NCBI GenBank assembly: GCA_002698305.1
Contig: NZWR01000005.1
Span: 66,047-130,046 of the forward strand
Source: Candidatus Campbellbacteria bacterium
GTDB taxonomy: Bacteria > Patescibacteriota > Minisyncoccia > Phycocordibacterales > UBA1006
DNA length: 64,000 bases
Reading direction: 5' to 3'
Shown here: piece after piece, positions 10,010 to 20,078 of the stretch
Layout: each line of letters opens with the position of its first letter
Numbering within the stretch: position 1 is the stretch's first letter
Program-made: the position numbers and the translations under genes
The notes under the pieces: generated by a model
The model's input: the letters and a program-made list of their open reading frames with translations, nothing else
Told to the model about the DNA's origin: nothing
Databases searched by the model: none

Positions 10010-10609
10010 CTAAACCCCCTGTAATATGTATGATTGAAGTTTATCAAGATAGCGTTTAGTTTTTGCTGAGTAATATATTACCTGCCTATCTTCTATTCCA
10101 TAAGCTTTTAATTCTTTTTTAATCGCACTCATTCCTTTTTGATTGACTTTATCAATTTTATTAACGAGTATAACCAGATTCTTTTCATGCTGATTAAGCA
10201 GCTTCATATACTCCTTATCAAGCTCTGTGGGCCCTGCCTTTGGATCAATAATAAGACATATAAGCGCTGTATCTGCCTCAGGATGAGTTATGTACCATCT
10301 AATCAAACCATCAAGCTCATCGCGTTGTTTTTTTGAGAGCTTGGCATATCCATAGCCCGGTAGATCAACTGCATAGAAACATTGATTGTCTTGTGTTGTT
10401 ACATCGAAAAAATTAATCTGCTGAGTTTTTCCTGGTGTTCTACCTACTTTAACAAGGCTATTTCTTTCAAGTACAGCATTCAAAGTACTAGATTTTCCGA
10501 CGTTAGAACGCCCGATAAAGGCAATCTGCGGTGTTCCATCATAGAGAATTGCTTCTTCTCCTACAACACCTTTAACAAAGGTTGCTTTTTTTATGTGGGG
10601 TTTATTCAT
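10010..10609 (-). CDS. engB: Ribosome biogenesis GTPase YsxC/EngB
   Basis: GRSNVGKSS, TPGKT, DLPGYGYA, NKID. Confidence 0.95.
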   Translation of the reverse strand: MNKPHIKKATFVKGVVGEEAILYDGTPQIAFIGRSNVGKSSTLNAVLERNSLVKVGRTPGKTQQINFFDVTTQDNQCFYAVDLPGYGYAKLSKKQRDELDGLIRWYITHPEADTALICLIIDPKAGPTELDKEYMKLLNQHEKNLVILVNKIDKVNQKGMSAIKKELKAYGIEDRQVIYYSAKTKRYLDKLQSYILQGV

Positions 10610-10892
10610 AACTTTCGCTTACCTCGTCAAAATACCCCTCAGGATCAGAGGTGAAATGTTCAACCTGCCTTTTAAAGAAATCCCAAATAGGTTCAACTAT
10701 CTGAGCAAGGTGCTCATTATAGAAATTAATAAGTGATTCTTTGATGTAGGCAAAATTTGACTGCGTCTGCTCATCCTCAACGGCCTCTTGGACATCAAAG
10801 TCAAAAAAATACGATGCGATAATTACAGCAATGACTATAAGAATAATCCACTTAATGGACCCCTTCTCTTTTTGTAGATATGTAGTCTCCAT
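10602..10892 (-). CDS. Hypothetical single-TM protein
   Basis: N-terminal KGSIKWIILIV hydrophobic segment; overlaps the engB start. Confidence 0.7.
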   Translation of the reverse strand: METTYLQKEKGSIKWIILIVIAVIIASYFFDFDVQEAVEDEQTQSNFAYIKESLINFYNEHLAQIVEPIWDFFKRQVEHFTSDPEGYFDEVSESYE

Positions 10893-10912
10893 GATAAATT
10901 AATTATACCACA

Positions 10913-12235
10913 CTAGTTGTGTTTAAAATAGGTACTATCAGTTACGGGTAAGTATTTTAAGGGATCTAGATAGGCGTTAGTCGGTGCCAGCGGCATTCGA
11001 TAGTTTGAACCTGGGCAGGCAGCAGATGGGCGTTCAGTAATACGAGCTCCTTGCTCCCCATCGATTCCTTTGGTCGCATACACGGTCAGGTGAAGGTGTG
11101 GTGCCGTACTTCTTCCGCTATTTCCCGAATAACCAATTAAATCACCTTTGCTTACCGTGTCTCCTGCACCTACTACAAATGATGAGAGATGCGCTGATGT
11201 GGTAGAAAGACCATTATTGTGTTCTATGAATATCCATTTTCCAAATGATGCTCTGTAGCATTGCTCGTCTGTATTTCCCACTCCCTTAACCATACCATCA
11301 GCTACTGCATAGACCGGGGTTCCTATGGCTGCTCTAAAATCAACACCACTATGTGAACCAGAGACATATAATCGCTCTGATGATACTGTTTTTCCAAAAC
11401 GTTGGGTAACCAGTACTTTTTCAAGTGGCCACGCAAAAGGGGTTGTTCCTTCTGACGGAAGATTATTTTTGTTCAAGGCAAATTGAAGGGTCGACTCGAA
11501 TGATCTAATTTCTGCATCAAGTGCAGCAATAGTATCCAGTGTCGTTGCTAAATTATTTTTGATACTACTTTCTTTTTTTTCTGTGGCTTCAAGAATTGAA
11601 TTTTTTTCAGCTTCTTGTTCTTTAATTATTTCCTTTTGATCGGAAAGAATTGCCTGTTCTTTGTTAAGTGCTTGTTGCTCCTCAGAAAGCTCTTCCGTTT
11701 TCTCAAAGGCAGCTGTTTTGTTTGTTCTCAGGGTGTTCGTGGTGGTAATCAAAGGTACCTGTAAGCGCTGATAGGTATCACGGTTAGCATAAAAATCAGC
11801 AATTGATTTTGATGAAGAAATAAACTCAAGGATTGTTTGACTTTCATCATGATGAATACCACGTAATATAGAAGCAAGGTTTTGAGCATTAGTAGTTATT
11901 TTAGAATTATACCTACTGATCTCTTCTTCTGTTTTGTTGATTTCAACTGATAACATATCGATCTCATTCTGAGTTCTTTTGATTGTGTTATCAAGACTTT
12001 TTTGTTCCCCTTCGATTCGTGCGAGTTCTTTATTAAGGGCACCCTTTTCGGAACCAACTTCAGTAAGTTCTTCTCGGATACGTTCTGCTTCACGTTCAAG
12101 CTCAGCACGCTCTTCACCGATGCTGCGGATCCTATCTTCAAGCTCTGACAGACTTGTTTGACTTTGAATATGCGGTGTGTAAACAAGGAATGTAAAGAGC
12201 ACTACAAGCCCTATTTTAAGTGGTAAAAATTTCAT
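10913..12235 (-). CDS. Coiled-coil M23 peptidase (EnvC-like murein hydrolase/activator)
   Basis: Signal peptide, long coiled coil, HSGVD and HLH zinc motifs. Confidence 0.88.
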   Translation of the reverse strand: MKFLPLKIGLVVLFTFLVYTPHIQSQTSLSELEDRIRSIGEERAELEREAERIREELTEVGSEKGALNKELARIEGEQKSLDNTIKRTQNEIDMLSVEINKTEEEISRYNSKITTNAQNLASILRGIHHDESQTILEFISSSKSIADFYANRDTYQRLQVPLITTTNTLRTNKTAAFEKTEELSEEQQALNKEQAILSDQKEIIKEQEAEKNSILEATEKKESSIKNNLATTLDTIAALDAEIRSFESTLQFALNKNNLPSEGTTPFAWPLEKVLVTQRFGKTVSSERLYVSGSHSGVDFRAAIGTPVYAVADGMVKGVGNTDEQCYRASFGKWIFIEHNNGLSTTSAHLSSFVVGAGDTVSKGDLIGYSGNSGRSTAPHLHLTVYATKGIDGEQGARITERPSAACPGSNYRMPLAPTNAYLDPLKYLPVTDSTYFKHN

Positions 12236-12298
12236 GACAGTAGTATATCATGAAGGAAATTTAACAAGAAAAAATTGACTTTATAAAAAAATACTGTG

Positions 12299-13645
12299 TT
12301 ATCCAGTATTTTTTCTTAATTCGTTAATAGTACTTGTGATACGTCGCAAGGAGGTATCTTTCCCAAGTACTTCAAGAAGTGTGAATGGATCTGGTGACTT
12401 ATCGCGTCCAGACAGGCTGTATCGAAGTGGCCAAAGGACATCTCCCCTCCCTAGTTCATCAGCGTAGGGAAATATATGCGATTTCAAGTCCTCCTTGTTC
12501 CAGTCTTCTGAATAAGATCCAATCATCTCAGATACTTTTTCTAGGTGGCTGATTGTATCTTCTTTGGTTCCCTTTTTCCAAATAACTTTTTCAGTATTAA
12601 TTTCTGGATCAACAAAATAGTAATCGAGCTCCCCTTCTGTAATCATAGTCTGCACATCAGCAAGAACCTCAGTTCGTTCACGTATAAGAGGCGTAATTTT
12701 TTCCATTACCTCTTCTCGATAGATTGGTGTATCTCTCAATTCATTAAATAGTGGGTCAATATATGCACGGAATTCCTGTTCAGTGCGTTTGTTCAGCCAC
12801 TGCTTGTTCAGCCATGCTAGTTTTTCAAGATTATACCCTCCCGGACCTTTTTGTACCTGCTCTAAATTAAAAGCATTAACGAGTTCATCTTTAGAAAATA
12901 ATTCCTGTTCAGTACCAGGATTCCAACCGATGAAAGCTAAAAAATTAAGAAGAGCTTCAGGTAAATATCCTTGTTCTTTATAATCAAGAGCAGCTACGTT
13001 AGTATCCCGCTTAGACAGCTTTTTCTTACCGTCAGGGCCTAAAATAAAAGGAACGTGCGCGTACGTTGGTGTTGTAAAACCTAATGCCTCATGTAAAAGA
13101 ATTTGCCTTGGTGTATTTGCGACATGTTCTTGGGCACGGATAACGTGGGTAACCCCTTCATCATAATCATCAACAACAACTGCCAGGTGATAAAGTGGAC
13201 TTTGATTATTTCTGGCAATTACAAAATCACCAAGGTCTGTCGTGTCTACAGTAATGTCCCCTAAAATTTCATCAGAGAAGGTTATTTCCTTATTCGGATT
13301 TTTAAAACGGATAACGTTCCCTGATCCATCTTTGGCACCTTCTGCTTCATACGCATTGCCGTTGTCAATAAGATTGCGAAGAATTTCTTGATGGCGTTCC
13401 AAGTGCTCAGATTGGCGGTAGACTTCATCGTAATCCATCCCAACCCATTTAAAGACTTCGTAGATTTCATCCTCATATTCTTTTTGATTTCTTTCTTTGT
13501 CTGTATCCTCTATTCGTAAAATAAACTTTCCACCATGTTTTCTGGCAAATGCATAGTTATAGAACGCCGTTCTAATTCCCCCAACATGAAAGCGCCCTGT
13601 TGGTGATGGCGCCATGCGGGTAACAATATTTTTTTCTGTACTCAT
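12299..13645 (-). CDS. gltX: Glutamate-tRNA ligase
   Basis: RMAPSPTG.FHVGG (HIGH), LRIEDTD, KLSKR (KMSKS); start placed at ATG 13645. Confidence 0.95.
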   Translation of the reverse strand: MSTEKNIVTRMAPSPTGRFHVGGIRTAFYNYAFARKHGGKFILRIEDTDKERNQKEYEDEIYEVFKWVGMDYDEVYRQSEHLERHQEILRNLIDNGNAYEAEGAKDGSGNVIRFKNPNKEITFSDEILGDITVDTTDLGDFVIARNNQSPLYHLAVVVDDYDEGVTHVIRAQEHVANTPRQILLHEALGFTTPTYAHVPFILGPDGKKKLSKRDTNVAALDYKEQGYLPEALLNFLAFIGWNPGTEQELFSKDELVNAFNLEQVQKGPGGYNLEKLAWLNKQWLNKRTEQEFRAYIDPLFNELRDTPIYREEVMEKITPLIRERTEVLADVQTMITEGELDYYFVDPEINTEKVIWKKGTKEDTISHLEKVSEMIGSYSEDWNKEDLKSHIFPYADELGRGDVLWPLRYSLSGRDKSPDPFTLLEVLGKDTSLRRITSTINELRKNTG

Positions 13646-13695
13646 AATCAAAAGTGTAACAAATACCCTATAATCTATAAAGTACTTATTAAACA

Positions 13696-13724
13696 TTGAC
13701 ATAATATATATTATTGTATATAAT
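13696..13724 (+). promoter_or_regulatory. Consensus sigma70 promoter for the orphan ORF at 13757
   Basis: TTGACA-17 nt-TATAAT exact consensus. Confidence 0.75.
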
Positions 13725-13756
13725 ATAGAAAACAATAACTTAAATTATTCAAAATT

Positions 13757-14008
13757 ATGGTAGGTCTTATTGCACGTCCGTTAATTTTAATCTTAATACT
13801 CTTTGTCGCGTTCCACCTTTTTTCCAGTAAAGAAAAACAGGAGCGAAAAGAAAGAGTTGATGAGGCCTTTTCTACAACTTCTAAATTTGTAGAGTTTGTA
13901 GAAAAAAAGGCTGAAAAGTGGCTTTTAAGGAAGGCTGTGTATGTGGTTGCACGTGGTTTATTTATACTACTTGCATTGTCTGCATTCTCCTATTGGCTTT
14001 ACAACTAA
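13757..14008 (+). CDS. Hypothetical small membrane protein
   Basis: 83 aa, two hydrophobic segments, own promoter and downstream hairpin. Confidence 0.65.
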   Translation: MVGLIARPLILILILFVAFHLFSSKEKQERKERVDEAFSTTSKFVEFVEKKAEKWLLRKAVYVVARGLFILLALSAFSYWLYN

Positions 14009-14012
14009 AAAG

Positions 14013-14047
14013 AATCTCCTAAGTATGGTTTTCATACTTAGGAGATT
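14013..14047. terminator. Bidirectional terminator hairpin
   Basis: 15-bp perfect stem AATCTCCTAAGTATG/CATACTTAGGAGATT between convergent genes. Confidence 0.75.
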
Positions 14048-14075
14048 TAATTTTTAGCGAATAATGCAAGGAATA

Positions 14076-15203
14076 TTATTTTTCATGATTAAGACCAATA
14101 CCGATAATCTCCTCGGCAATTTCTTGCGCCGCGCCTTCTATAGCAAATTTCTCTGCACCTTTCTTCATTTCCTCGCGGACCTCAGGGGTAGCTATGATTC
14201 TATTAATTTCAAATGTTAAGAGTTTTTCTGATAAGTTATTTTCCTCAATAACAACACAGGCTCCTTCTCTGGCATAATTATACGCATTTTTAATTTGATG
14301 ATTTCTATGAGACTCGGTAATTGGAATAACAATCGAAGGAATACTCCAGTGAGCAATTTCAAATAGTGTTGAGCCAGCACGTGTTATTACAATATCAGCG
14401 ACTCCAGCCATCATCTTCATTGATAATGTATTAAGTGAGTCAAAGATATGGTATCGATATTTAAAGTCGTGTTTAATTAAGGTTGCATCGGTAAGTTTTT
14501 TCATCGTATCAAAATTACTCTTACCAACTTGGTGAACTACTTGGTAGTTAGTCAGGAGTTCAGGAAGAGCCTTTTCGACAGCATAATTTATCGTTTCAGA
14601 ACCTAGTGATCCACCAAGCACCCAAATGATTGGAGTACTATCTTCAAGATTTAAAAACTCATATGCTCCTTCGGTAGTAGGTTCAATGAGATTGTGCCGT
14701 ATTGGCTGTCCTGTATGAACTACTTTTTCTTTATCAAAGTATTGAGCATCTTGCTTATAGGAAACAGCCACAGCACGAGCAAATTTTCCTGACCATTCAT
14801 TGACTCTACCTGGTACCGAATCAGACTCATGGATTATGACCGGGATACGGAGAATTTTTGCAGCAAGAACTGTTGGAAAAGCTGCATAGCCACCTTTGGA
14901 AAACACAACGTCAGGAAAAATACTAAAAACAGTAAAGAAACCTTGAAGAGCTCCTATTGCTGCACTAAAAAGATCACCAATACTTTTAAGAGATGGCGTT
15001 AGTCGGAGTTTACCAGCTGATACCTGTTTAAAGATGATTCTATTTTCATGTAGAATTTTTTCATCATAGGGTTCATTTGATATATAGTATATTTTTGCTT
15101 CTGCAATATTTTTCTCATCTATAATATTATTAAGAGCTTCCGCTACCGCGATAAGCGGATAGAAATGCCCCCCTGTTCCTCCTCCTGTTAAGACTACTTT
15201 CAT
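14076..15203 (-). CDS. murG: Undecaprenyl-PP-MurNAc-pentapeptide GlcNAc transferase
   Basis: TGGGTGGHFYP, KGGY, HESD, GGSLG, TRAG, HQIKNA. Confidence 0.95.
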   Translation of the reverse strand: MKVVLTGGGTGGHFYPLIAVAEALNNIIDEKNIAEAKIYYISNEPYDEKILHENRIIFKQVSAGKLRLTPSLKSIGDLFSAAIGALQGFFTVFSIFPDVVFSKGGYAAFPTVLAAKILRIPVIIHESDSVPGRVNEWSGKFARAVAVSYKQDAQYFDKEKVVHTGQPIRHNLIEPTTEGAYEFLNLEDSTPIIWVLGGSLGSETINYAVEKALPELLTNYQVVHQVGKSNFDTMKKLTDATLIKHDFKYRYHIFDSLNTLSMKMMAGVADIVITRAGSTLFEIAHWSIPSIVIPITESHRNHQIKNAYNYAREGACVVIEENNLSEKLLTFEINRIIATPEVREEMKKGAEKFAIEGAAQEIAEEIIGIGLNHEK

Positions 15204-15251
15204 GTCATTAATTATATCACGTTAGCTGCTTCAAGAAAAAAAGAAGCGCTC

Positions 15252-16382
15252 TTAACGATTCTTTTTTATTACGGTGTATTTTGAAATATTAAGAACAATA
15301 CCTATTTGAGCCAAGGTCACAATAAGAGCTGTTCCTCCACTACTCATAAAAATTAATGGTAATCCAGAAAGTGGCACCAGACCTGATATGGCTGCAATGT
15401 TAAAGAAAACTTGAACTGAAATAAGCAGAATGATACCAGCAGCAAGATTTTGTGAAAAAGTTGTTGGCGCCCGTCTTGCAATTCTTAGGCCAAAAAAAGT
15501 AAATACACTATAGAGCACGATAAGAAGAAACGAACCTAGATATCCAAACTCTTCTGCGTATACAGCAAATATTGAATCACTGTTTGATTCCGGTAGATAC
15601 GAACCAAATTTATGAACACTTTGCCCAAGACCTCTCCCAAAGAACATACCTGATCCTATAGCTATACGTGATTGCCGTATCTGATATGAGGCACCATATG
15701 GATCACTATTAGGATTAGTAAAAGTTTGTAGTCTATCCACAACATGCGGATTAAATGCTGCATATACTGATAAGGCTCCTGTAGCTGCTAGCATAATAAC
15801 AATAACATGCTTCCAGGACGCACCTCGCAACCAATATAAAATAAAACTAACCAGACCAATTAAAAGAAAAGAACCTGAATCTGGCTGCAACATAAGAGGA
15901 AGCACAGCTAGTCCTACGATAATACCAAAGGCCCAAAAACCATATTTCCATTCCTTGATGCGATCATGATATTGAGCAAACCAGGCAGAGAGGAAAACAA
16001 TAACGGCAAATTTTAAAAGCTCAGCTGGCTGAAAAGATATAAAGCCGAGTGATATCCAGCGTTGTGCTCCCCCGTGACTGAATCCTAGCGGTGAAAATAC
16101 TAAAAAGGTAAGTATAATTCCAATAATATAAATGTATGTTGAAAATTTTTTCCAAATTGAAAAATGTAGTTTGGAAAAGAGAATCATAATAGCAATACCA
16201 CCTACAACCCCAAAACCAAGGTGGCGAATAAGCATTGCATAAAAAAGCTCTGTATTTTCAGTATAAATTGATAGTGACGCAGACAGAAAAGTTGTTACCC
16301 CTACAAGTAACAATATTCCCGTGATCCACAAAAATTTCTTATCGATACCGTGAGCTTTAAATTTTTTTACTGATCGATTCAT
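15252..16382 (-). CDS. ftsW: SEDS peptidoglycan polymerase FtsW
   Basis: GAQRWI, FQPAE.LK, QPD, LPESNSDSIF, GLPLIFMSSGG; lies between mraY and murG. Confidence 0.9.
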   Translation of the reverse strand: MNRSVKKFKAHGIDKKFLWITGILLLVGVTTFLSASLSIYTENTELFYAMLIRHLGFGVVGGIAIMILFSKLHFSIWKKFSTYIYIIGIILTFLVFSPLGFSHGGAQRWISLGFISFQPAELLKFAVIVFLSAWFAQYHDRIKEWKYGFWAFGIIVGLAVLPLMLQPDSGSFLLIGLVSFILYWLRGASWKHVIVIMLAATGALSVYAAFNPHVVDRLQTFTNPNSDPYGASYQIRQSRIAIGSGMFFGRGLGQSVHKFGSYLPESNSDSIFAVYAEEFGYLGSFLLIVLYSVFTFFGLRIARRAPTTFSQNLAAGIILLISVQVFFNIAAISGLVPLSGLPLIFMSSGGTALIVTLAQIGIVLNISKYTVIKKNR

Positions 16383-16388
16383 ATTTTG

Positions 16389-17459
16389 TTAACCAATAAT
16401 AACAATAACAACACCTGCTATTGAGCACATTACAGAGATAATCCAATATCGCATGGTTATTTTTGCCCTACTCCAACCTAATCGTTCAAGGTGGTGATGA
16501 AACGGTGCAACAATAAAGACCTTGCGATTAAAGAAACGCCTACTAATAATTTGTACTAACGATGAAAATGATGTTAGTACCAAAGGAAAACCAATAATAA
16601 GAAATTCGACCACAGTGTCAGTGAGAAAAATAATTGATGCAAGCGATAGGGTAAGCGCCATAACACCAGTCTCCCCGAGATAAAATCGCGCGGGTGGAGT
16701 GTTAAACCAAAGAAAAGCCAGGATTGCCCCTACAACAACAAAACAAAAGGTAGCAATATCATATTGAGATTGGATTATTCCAATAAGACCATAGGCAAAG
16801 AAAATAGAACCAAATACACCTCCAGCAAGACCGTCAACCCCATCAATAACACCACTTGAGAAAAGAGCTAGGACAGTAAACATTATGAAAAATACCATTC
16901 CAACGCCAAGAAATAGTTCACTGCCACCAAAAGGTAGTGATATGTAGTCATAGCCAAGCCTATAGTAGAACCAAATTCCTATAATGGCACCTAAAAATAA
17001 CACAAAAGCTATTCGAATCCTTCGCGGAATACCTATCTGGAGTTGTCGTTTGCTTCCAAAAATTTGAAGCAAATCATCAGTAAGCCCGACAAGTGCTCCC
17101 AGAATAAGCGACATAAAAGGAATAAGCGTCTGACTTCTACTGATGAACATCAAACTTTCACCTCCTGGGTTTTGAATGAGACTTGCTGCAACAATGGTCG
17201 CTAATACACTTAAAGCAATTGAAAACCAAATAATAATTCCACCAACTCGTGGGGTTTTTGTTTCTTCTAGGTTATGTATTTCAGTAAACTCATGAGACAT
17301 TTCTTGGTGCCCTATGTTCGATTCATCAATACGTGAAGATCTTTTCCACAATTTATATCGATAAAAAATATGACTAAAAACCGGAGTCGTAACAATTCCG
17401 ATAATGAAGGCCACAATAGTTGGTATTAAGATTTTAAATAAAATAAATGATTCAATCAT
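16389..17459 (-). CDS. mraY: Phospho-N-acetylmuramoyl-pentapeptide transferase
   Basis: KTPRVGG, DD, DGVDGL, LWFN.PPARFYLGETG, APFHHH. Confidence 0.92.
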   Translation of the reverse strand: MIESFILFKILIPTIVAFIIGIVTTPVFSHIFYRYKLWKRSSRIDESNIGHQEMSHEFTEIHNLEETKTPRVGGIIIWFSIALSVLATIVAASLIQNPGGESLMFISRSQTLIPFMSLILGALVGLTDDLLQIFGSKRQLQIGIPRRIRIAFVLFLGAIIGIWFYYRLGYDYISLPFGGSELFLGVGMVFFIMFTVLALFSSGVIDGVDGLAGGVFGSIFFAYGLIGIIQSQYDIATFCFVVVGAILAFLWFNTPPARFYLGETGVMALTLSLASIIFLTDTVVEFLIIGFPLVLTSFSSLVQIISRRFFNRKVFIVAPFHHHLERLGWSRAKITMRYWIISVMCSIAGVVIVIIG

Positions 17460-18013
17460 AGGTCATCGTGTGCTTGTTCTTCTTGATATTGTTTTTGAAT
17501 TTCCTCTAATTTTTCTTGTGCATCTTCAAAATATTCAAGATCATCTGATGATTGAATACCGAGAAATGCAAATAATTCAGGAGTTGCAATATATAATGGA
17601 GAGCGTTTATCCATAACATTTACTTTTTTTTCTATAAGTCCTCGCATTCGTAAGTTACGTAAAATAAACATAGAATTAACTCCCCTAATATAATCTAATT
17701 CTGACTTTGTTATTTTTTTGTTGTACAGAATGATAGCTAATGTTTCCAAGGCCTGTTTACTAAGATCACGGGCGTCTTCACTATTTTCTAGATGCTCAAT
17801 CATTTTCTGAGAAATCTCTGCAGTCATAAGTGTGACCTTGTCTTCTGTGATTACCAAGGTAATACCTCTATCTAGATATAAGTCCCTCATGCTATACACC
17901 TCTTCTTGTATATCTTTAGTATCAAGGCTTAGTTGTTTAGCTAACCATGAGAAACTGACAGGTTCATTTTTATAAAAAAGGAGCGATTCAATTTTCTGTT
18001 GTTTGCTATTCAT
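17456..18013 (-). CDS. scpB: SMC-Scp complex subunit ScpB
   Basis: IESLLF, LSKQALETLAII.Y, IRGVNS. Confidence 0.92.
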   Translation of the reverse strand: MNSKQQKIESLLFYKNEPVSFSWLAKQLSLDTKDIQEEVYSMRDLYLDRGITLVITEDKVTLMTAEISQKMIEHLENSEDARDLSKQALETLAIILYNKKITKSELDYIRGVNSMFILRNLRMRGLIEKKVNVMDKRSPLYIATPELFAFLGIQSSDDLEYFEDAQEKLEEIQKQYQEEQAHDDL

Positions 18014-18740
18014 AATTTTCCATAGTTATACTTTCAAAATTTTCGTTCTGATGGACAGATATCTGCTTGTTTTTTGACATTTCAAGCATACCGAGGAAAC
18101 CAACGATGGTATAGACTTTTGTCTCCTTTTTGGTTTGAGATGTTTGCGTGAATTTTTGTATAAAATCATTAAAGATAACTTTCCCGCTTGATTGTATTCG
18201 TTCAACCAGTGAATTCATAAGCTTTTGAATATGAATAACAATCTCTACCCCACTCTCTTTTTTCTTTGATGGAAGTTCCGGTACTTCTTGTAATACATCC
18301 CGAAGAGCATTTAGTAAATTCTTTTTTGAAATATTTTCAGTTGGGCTAAAAACAACGGTACGCTTTTTAGCTTTAGCAGTAAACATTTTTGGCTGGGCTC
18401 CAATAACATTTTTTAGGCCATCTGCTCTTTTCTGAAATAACGAAAATAAAGCCAAACGTTTTTTTAGGGTTGCAATATCCTCCTCTTCTTCGTCTGTAAG
18501 TTCAAGTGATGGGAGTAATGATTTTGACTTAATAAGAACCAAGGTTGAAGCAACAAACACAAAATGAGTTCGGCTAGAAAGATTTTGCTCGAATCCATCA
18601 TGCTCAAGAAAATGCAAATAATCATCAGCAATTGCTGCTAACGATACATCATTAATGGGAAGTTTACGTTTCTCAATGAGCCGAAGTAATATATCAATCG
18701 GGCCAGAAAAAGATTCAGTTGTAATAGTGAACTGACTCAT
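18006..18740 (-). CDS. scpA: Segregation and condensation protein ScpA
   Basis: FSGPIDILL.LI, IKSKSLLP, FLGMLEM; start placed at ATG 18740. Confidence 0.9.
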   Translation of the reverse strand: MSQFTITTESFSGPIDILLRLIEKRKLPINDVSLAAIADDYLHFLEHDGFEQNLSSRTHFVFVASTLVLIKSKSLLPSLELTDEEEEDIATLKKRLALFSLFQKRADGLKNVIGAQPKMFTAKAKKRTVVFSPTENISKKNLLNALRDVLQEVPELPSKKKESGVEIVIHIQKLMNSLVERIQSSGKVIFNDFIQKFTQTSQTKKETKVYTIVGFLGMLEMSKNKQISVHQNENFESITMENYE

Positions 18741-18816
18741 TATTCTCTTATTGTAGCAAGTAACAAAATGAATTGAAAACTTAATATTCAAAAAGCTAGT
18801 TTTCAAAACTAGCTCA

Positions 18817-20034
18817 TTAAAGAGTGAATTGACCTTTTTTGTAAATAACCTTCTCGGCCCCATCTAATAGGGTTGCCGTGACAGTTCGGTCAGTAGTTGA
18901 AATAATATCAGTATGCACTGATGAGAAATTATAGCCCATCTTCTCCCATTTTTCTTCGGATACTTCAGACGGATCACCTGAATAGCAATCATAGAAGGCC
19001 ATACCAAGCGCTATGTGTGTATTTCCGTATTTACCTCCCATATTTTCATCAAACAAGGTATCAGCCATTGGTTTGGTTATTTGTGAATGGCGCGCATCAG
19101 TCAAAGAGAATTCACCGAGTTTATCAGCATTTTTAGTGGCAATCATTTCTTTAAGCAGTTTTTCATTTTTTGAAGCCGTCGCCTTTACAACACGTCCCTT
19201 TTTAAACTCTAAATAAATACCCTTGATAATGTTTCCATAACGGTACAGTGGCTGATTAAAACGAATCCATCCCTCCGTTCCTCGCCAATCTGGGCTCGTA
19301 AATACCTCAAAGCTTGGGATGTTTGAACCGCTTGCTGCTTTCCAGCCATATTTTTCAGGTAATTTAATTCTAAGATCTACGTCATCCCCTACTACATGTA
19401 AGGTATCAATACTCATGTTATTTAATTTTCGTACGTTTTTTTGAACTTCTTTCTGAATACTCTTCCATGTTTGAACCGGGTTTTCATCTCGTAAATAGCA
19501 TGCTTTAATGATTTGATTCCAATACTGTTTAAGGCTCATGTTGGCAGCCTGGGCCCCCTTCTCTGTTCCATATTTACAGAGTGTCCATGAAAAATCTCCT
19601 TTATTTTCTTTCTCTTTCCGCCATTGAATCCATGGCTTCATTGCTTCCCCTCGCTGCATCATTTTTTTAGGGTCAGTATTTTTGAAAAGCTCAGGGTCTT
19701 CTTCCCCGATAATATAGATCGAGTGATCTAAGGTTTCAATCAGACCTTTGTAATACGCTTCTGGAAAAAATTCAATTTGTTTTTTACTTGCTTTCTCGTA
19801 AAAAATTTTAGCTGTTGAATAGTGTGGATCTGATATTCCGTAATTACTAATAACATGACCACCCTTTTCTATAATTTTTTTATATACCTCAAAATATAAA
19901 GGCTTGGTAATCTCACCTCCAGACAGCATTACCACCTCGCCTTTCTTTATTCCCTTTCCATTGTTAAGTCCATAATTAACTAGGACATCTGCATAATTTT
20001 CTAATACTTTTTTACTTGGTATATATGTTTTCAT
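18817..20034 (-). CDS. M29 aminopeptidase (AmpT/PepS family)
   Basis: NIPSFEVFTSP, GEFSL, LFDEN, HIALG, SVHTD. Confidence 0.9.
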   Translation of the reverse strand: MKTYIPSKKVLENYADVLVNYGLNNGKGIKKGEVVMLSGGEITKPLYFEVYKKIIEKGGHVISNYGISDPHYSTAKIFYEKASKKQIEFFPEAYYKGLIETLDHSIYIIGEEDPELFKNTDPKKMMQRGEAMKPWIQWRKEKENKGDFSWTLCKYGTEKGAQAANMSLKQYWNQIIKACYLRDENPVQTWKSIQKEVQKNVRKLNNMSIDTLHVVGDDVDLRIKLPEKYGWKAASGSNIPSFEVFTSPDWRGTEGWIRFNQPLYRYGNIIKGIYLEFKKGRVVKATASKNEKLLKEMIATKNADKLGEFSLTDARHSQITKPMADTLFDENMGGKYGNTHIALGMAFYDCYSGDPSEVSEEKWEKMGYNFSSVHTDIISTTDRTVTATLLDGAEKVIYKKGQFTL

Positions 20035-20078
20035 GAAAGGTATTCTATCGTATTTAGATTAATAAACAAAAAAGAACC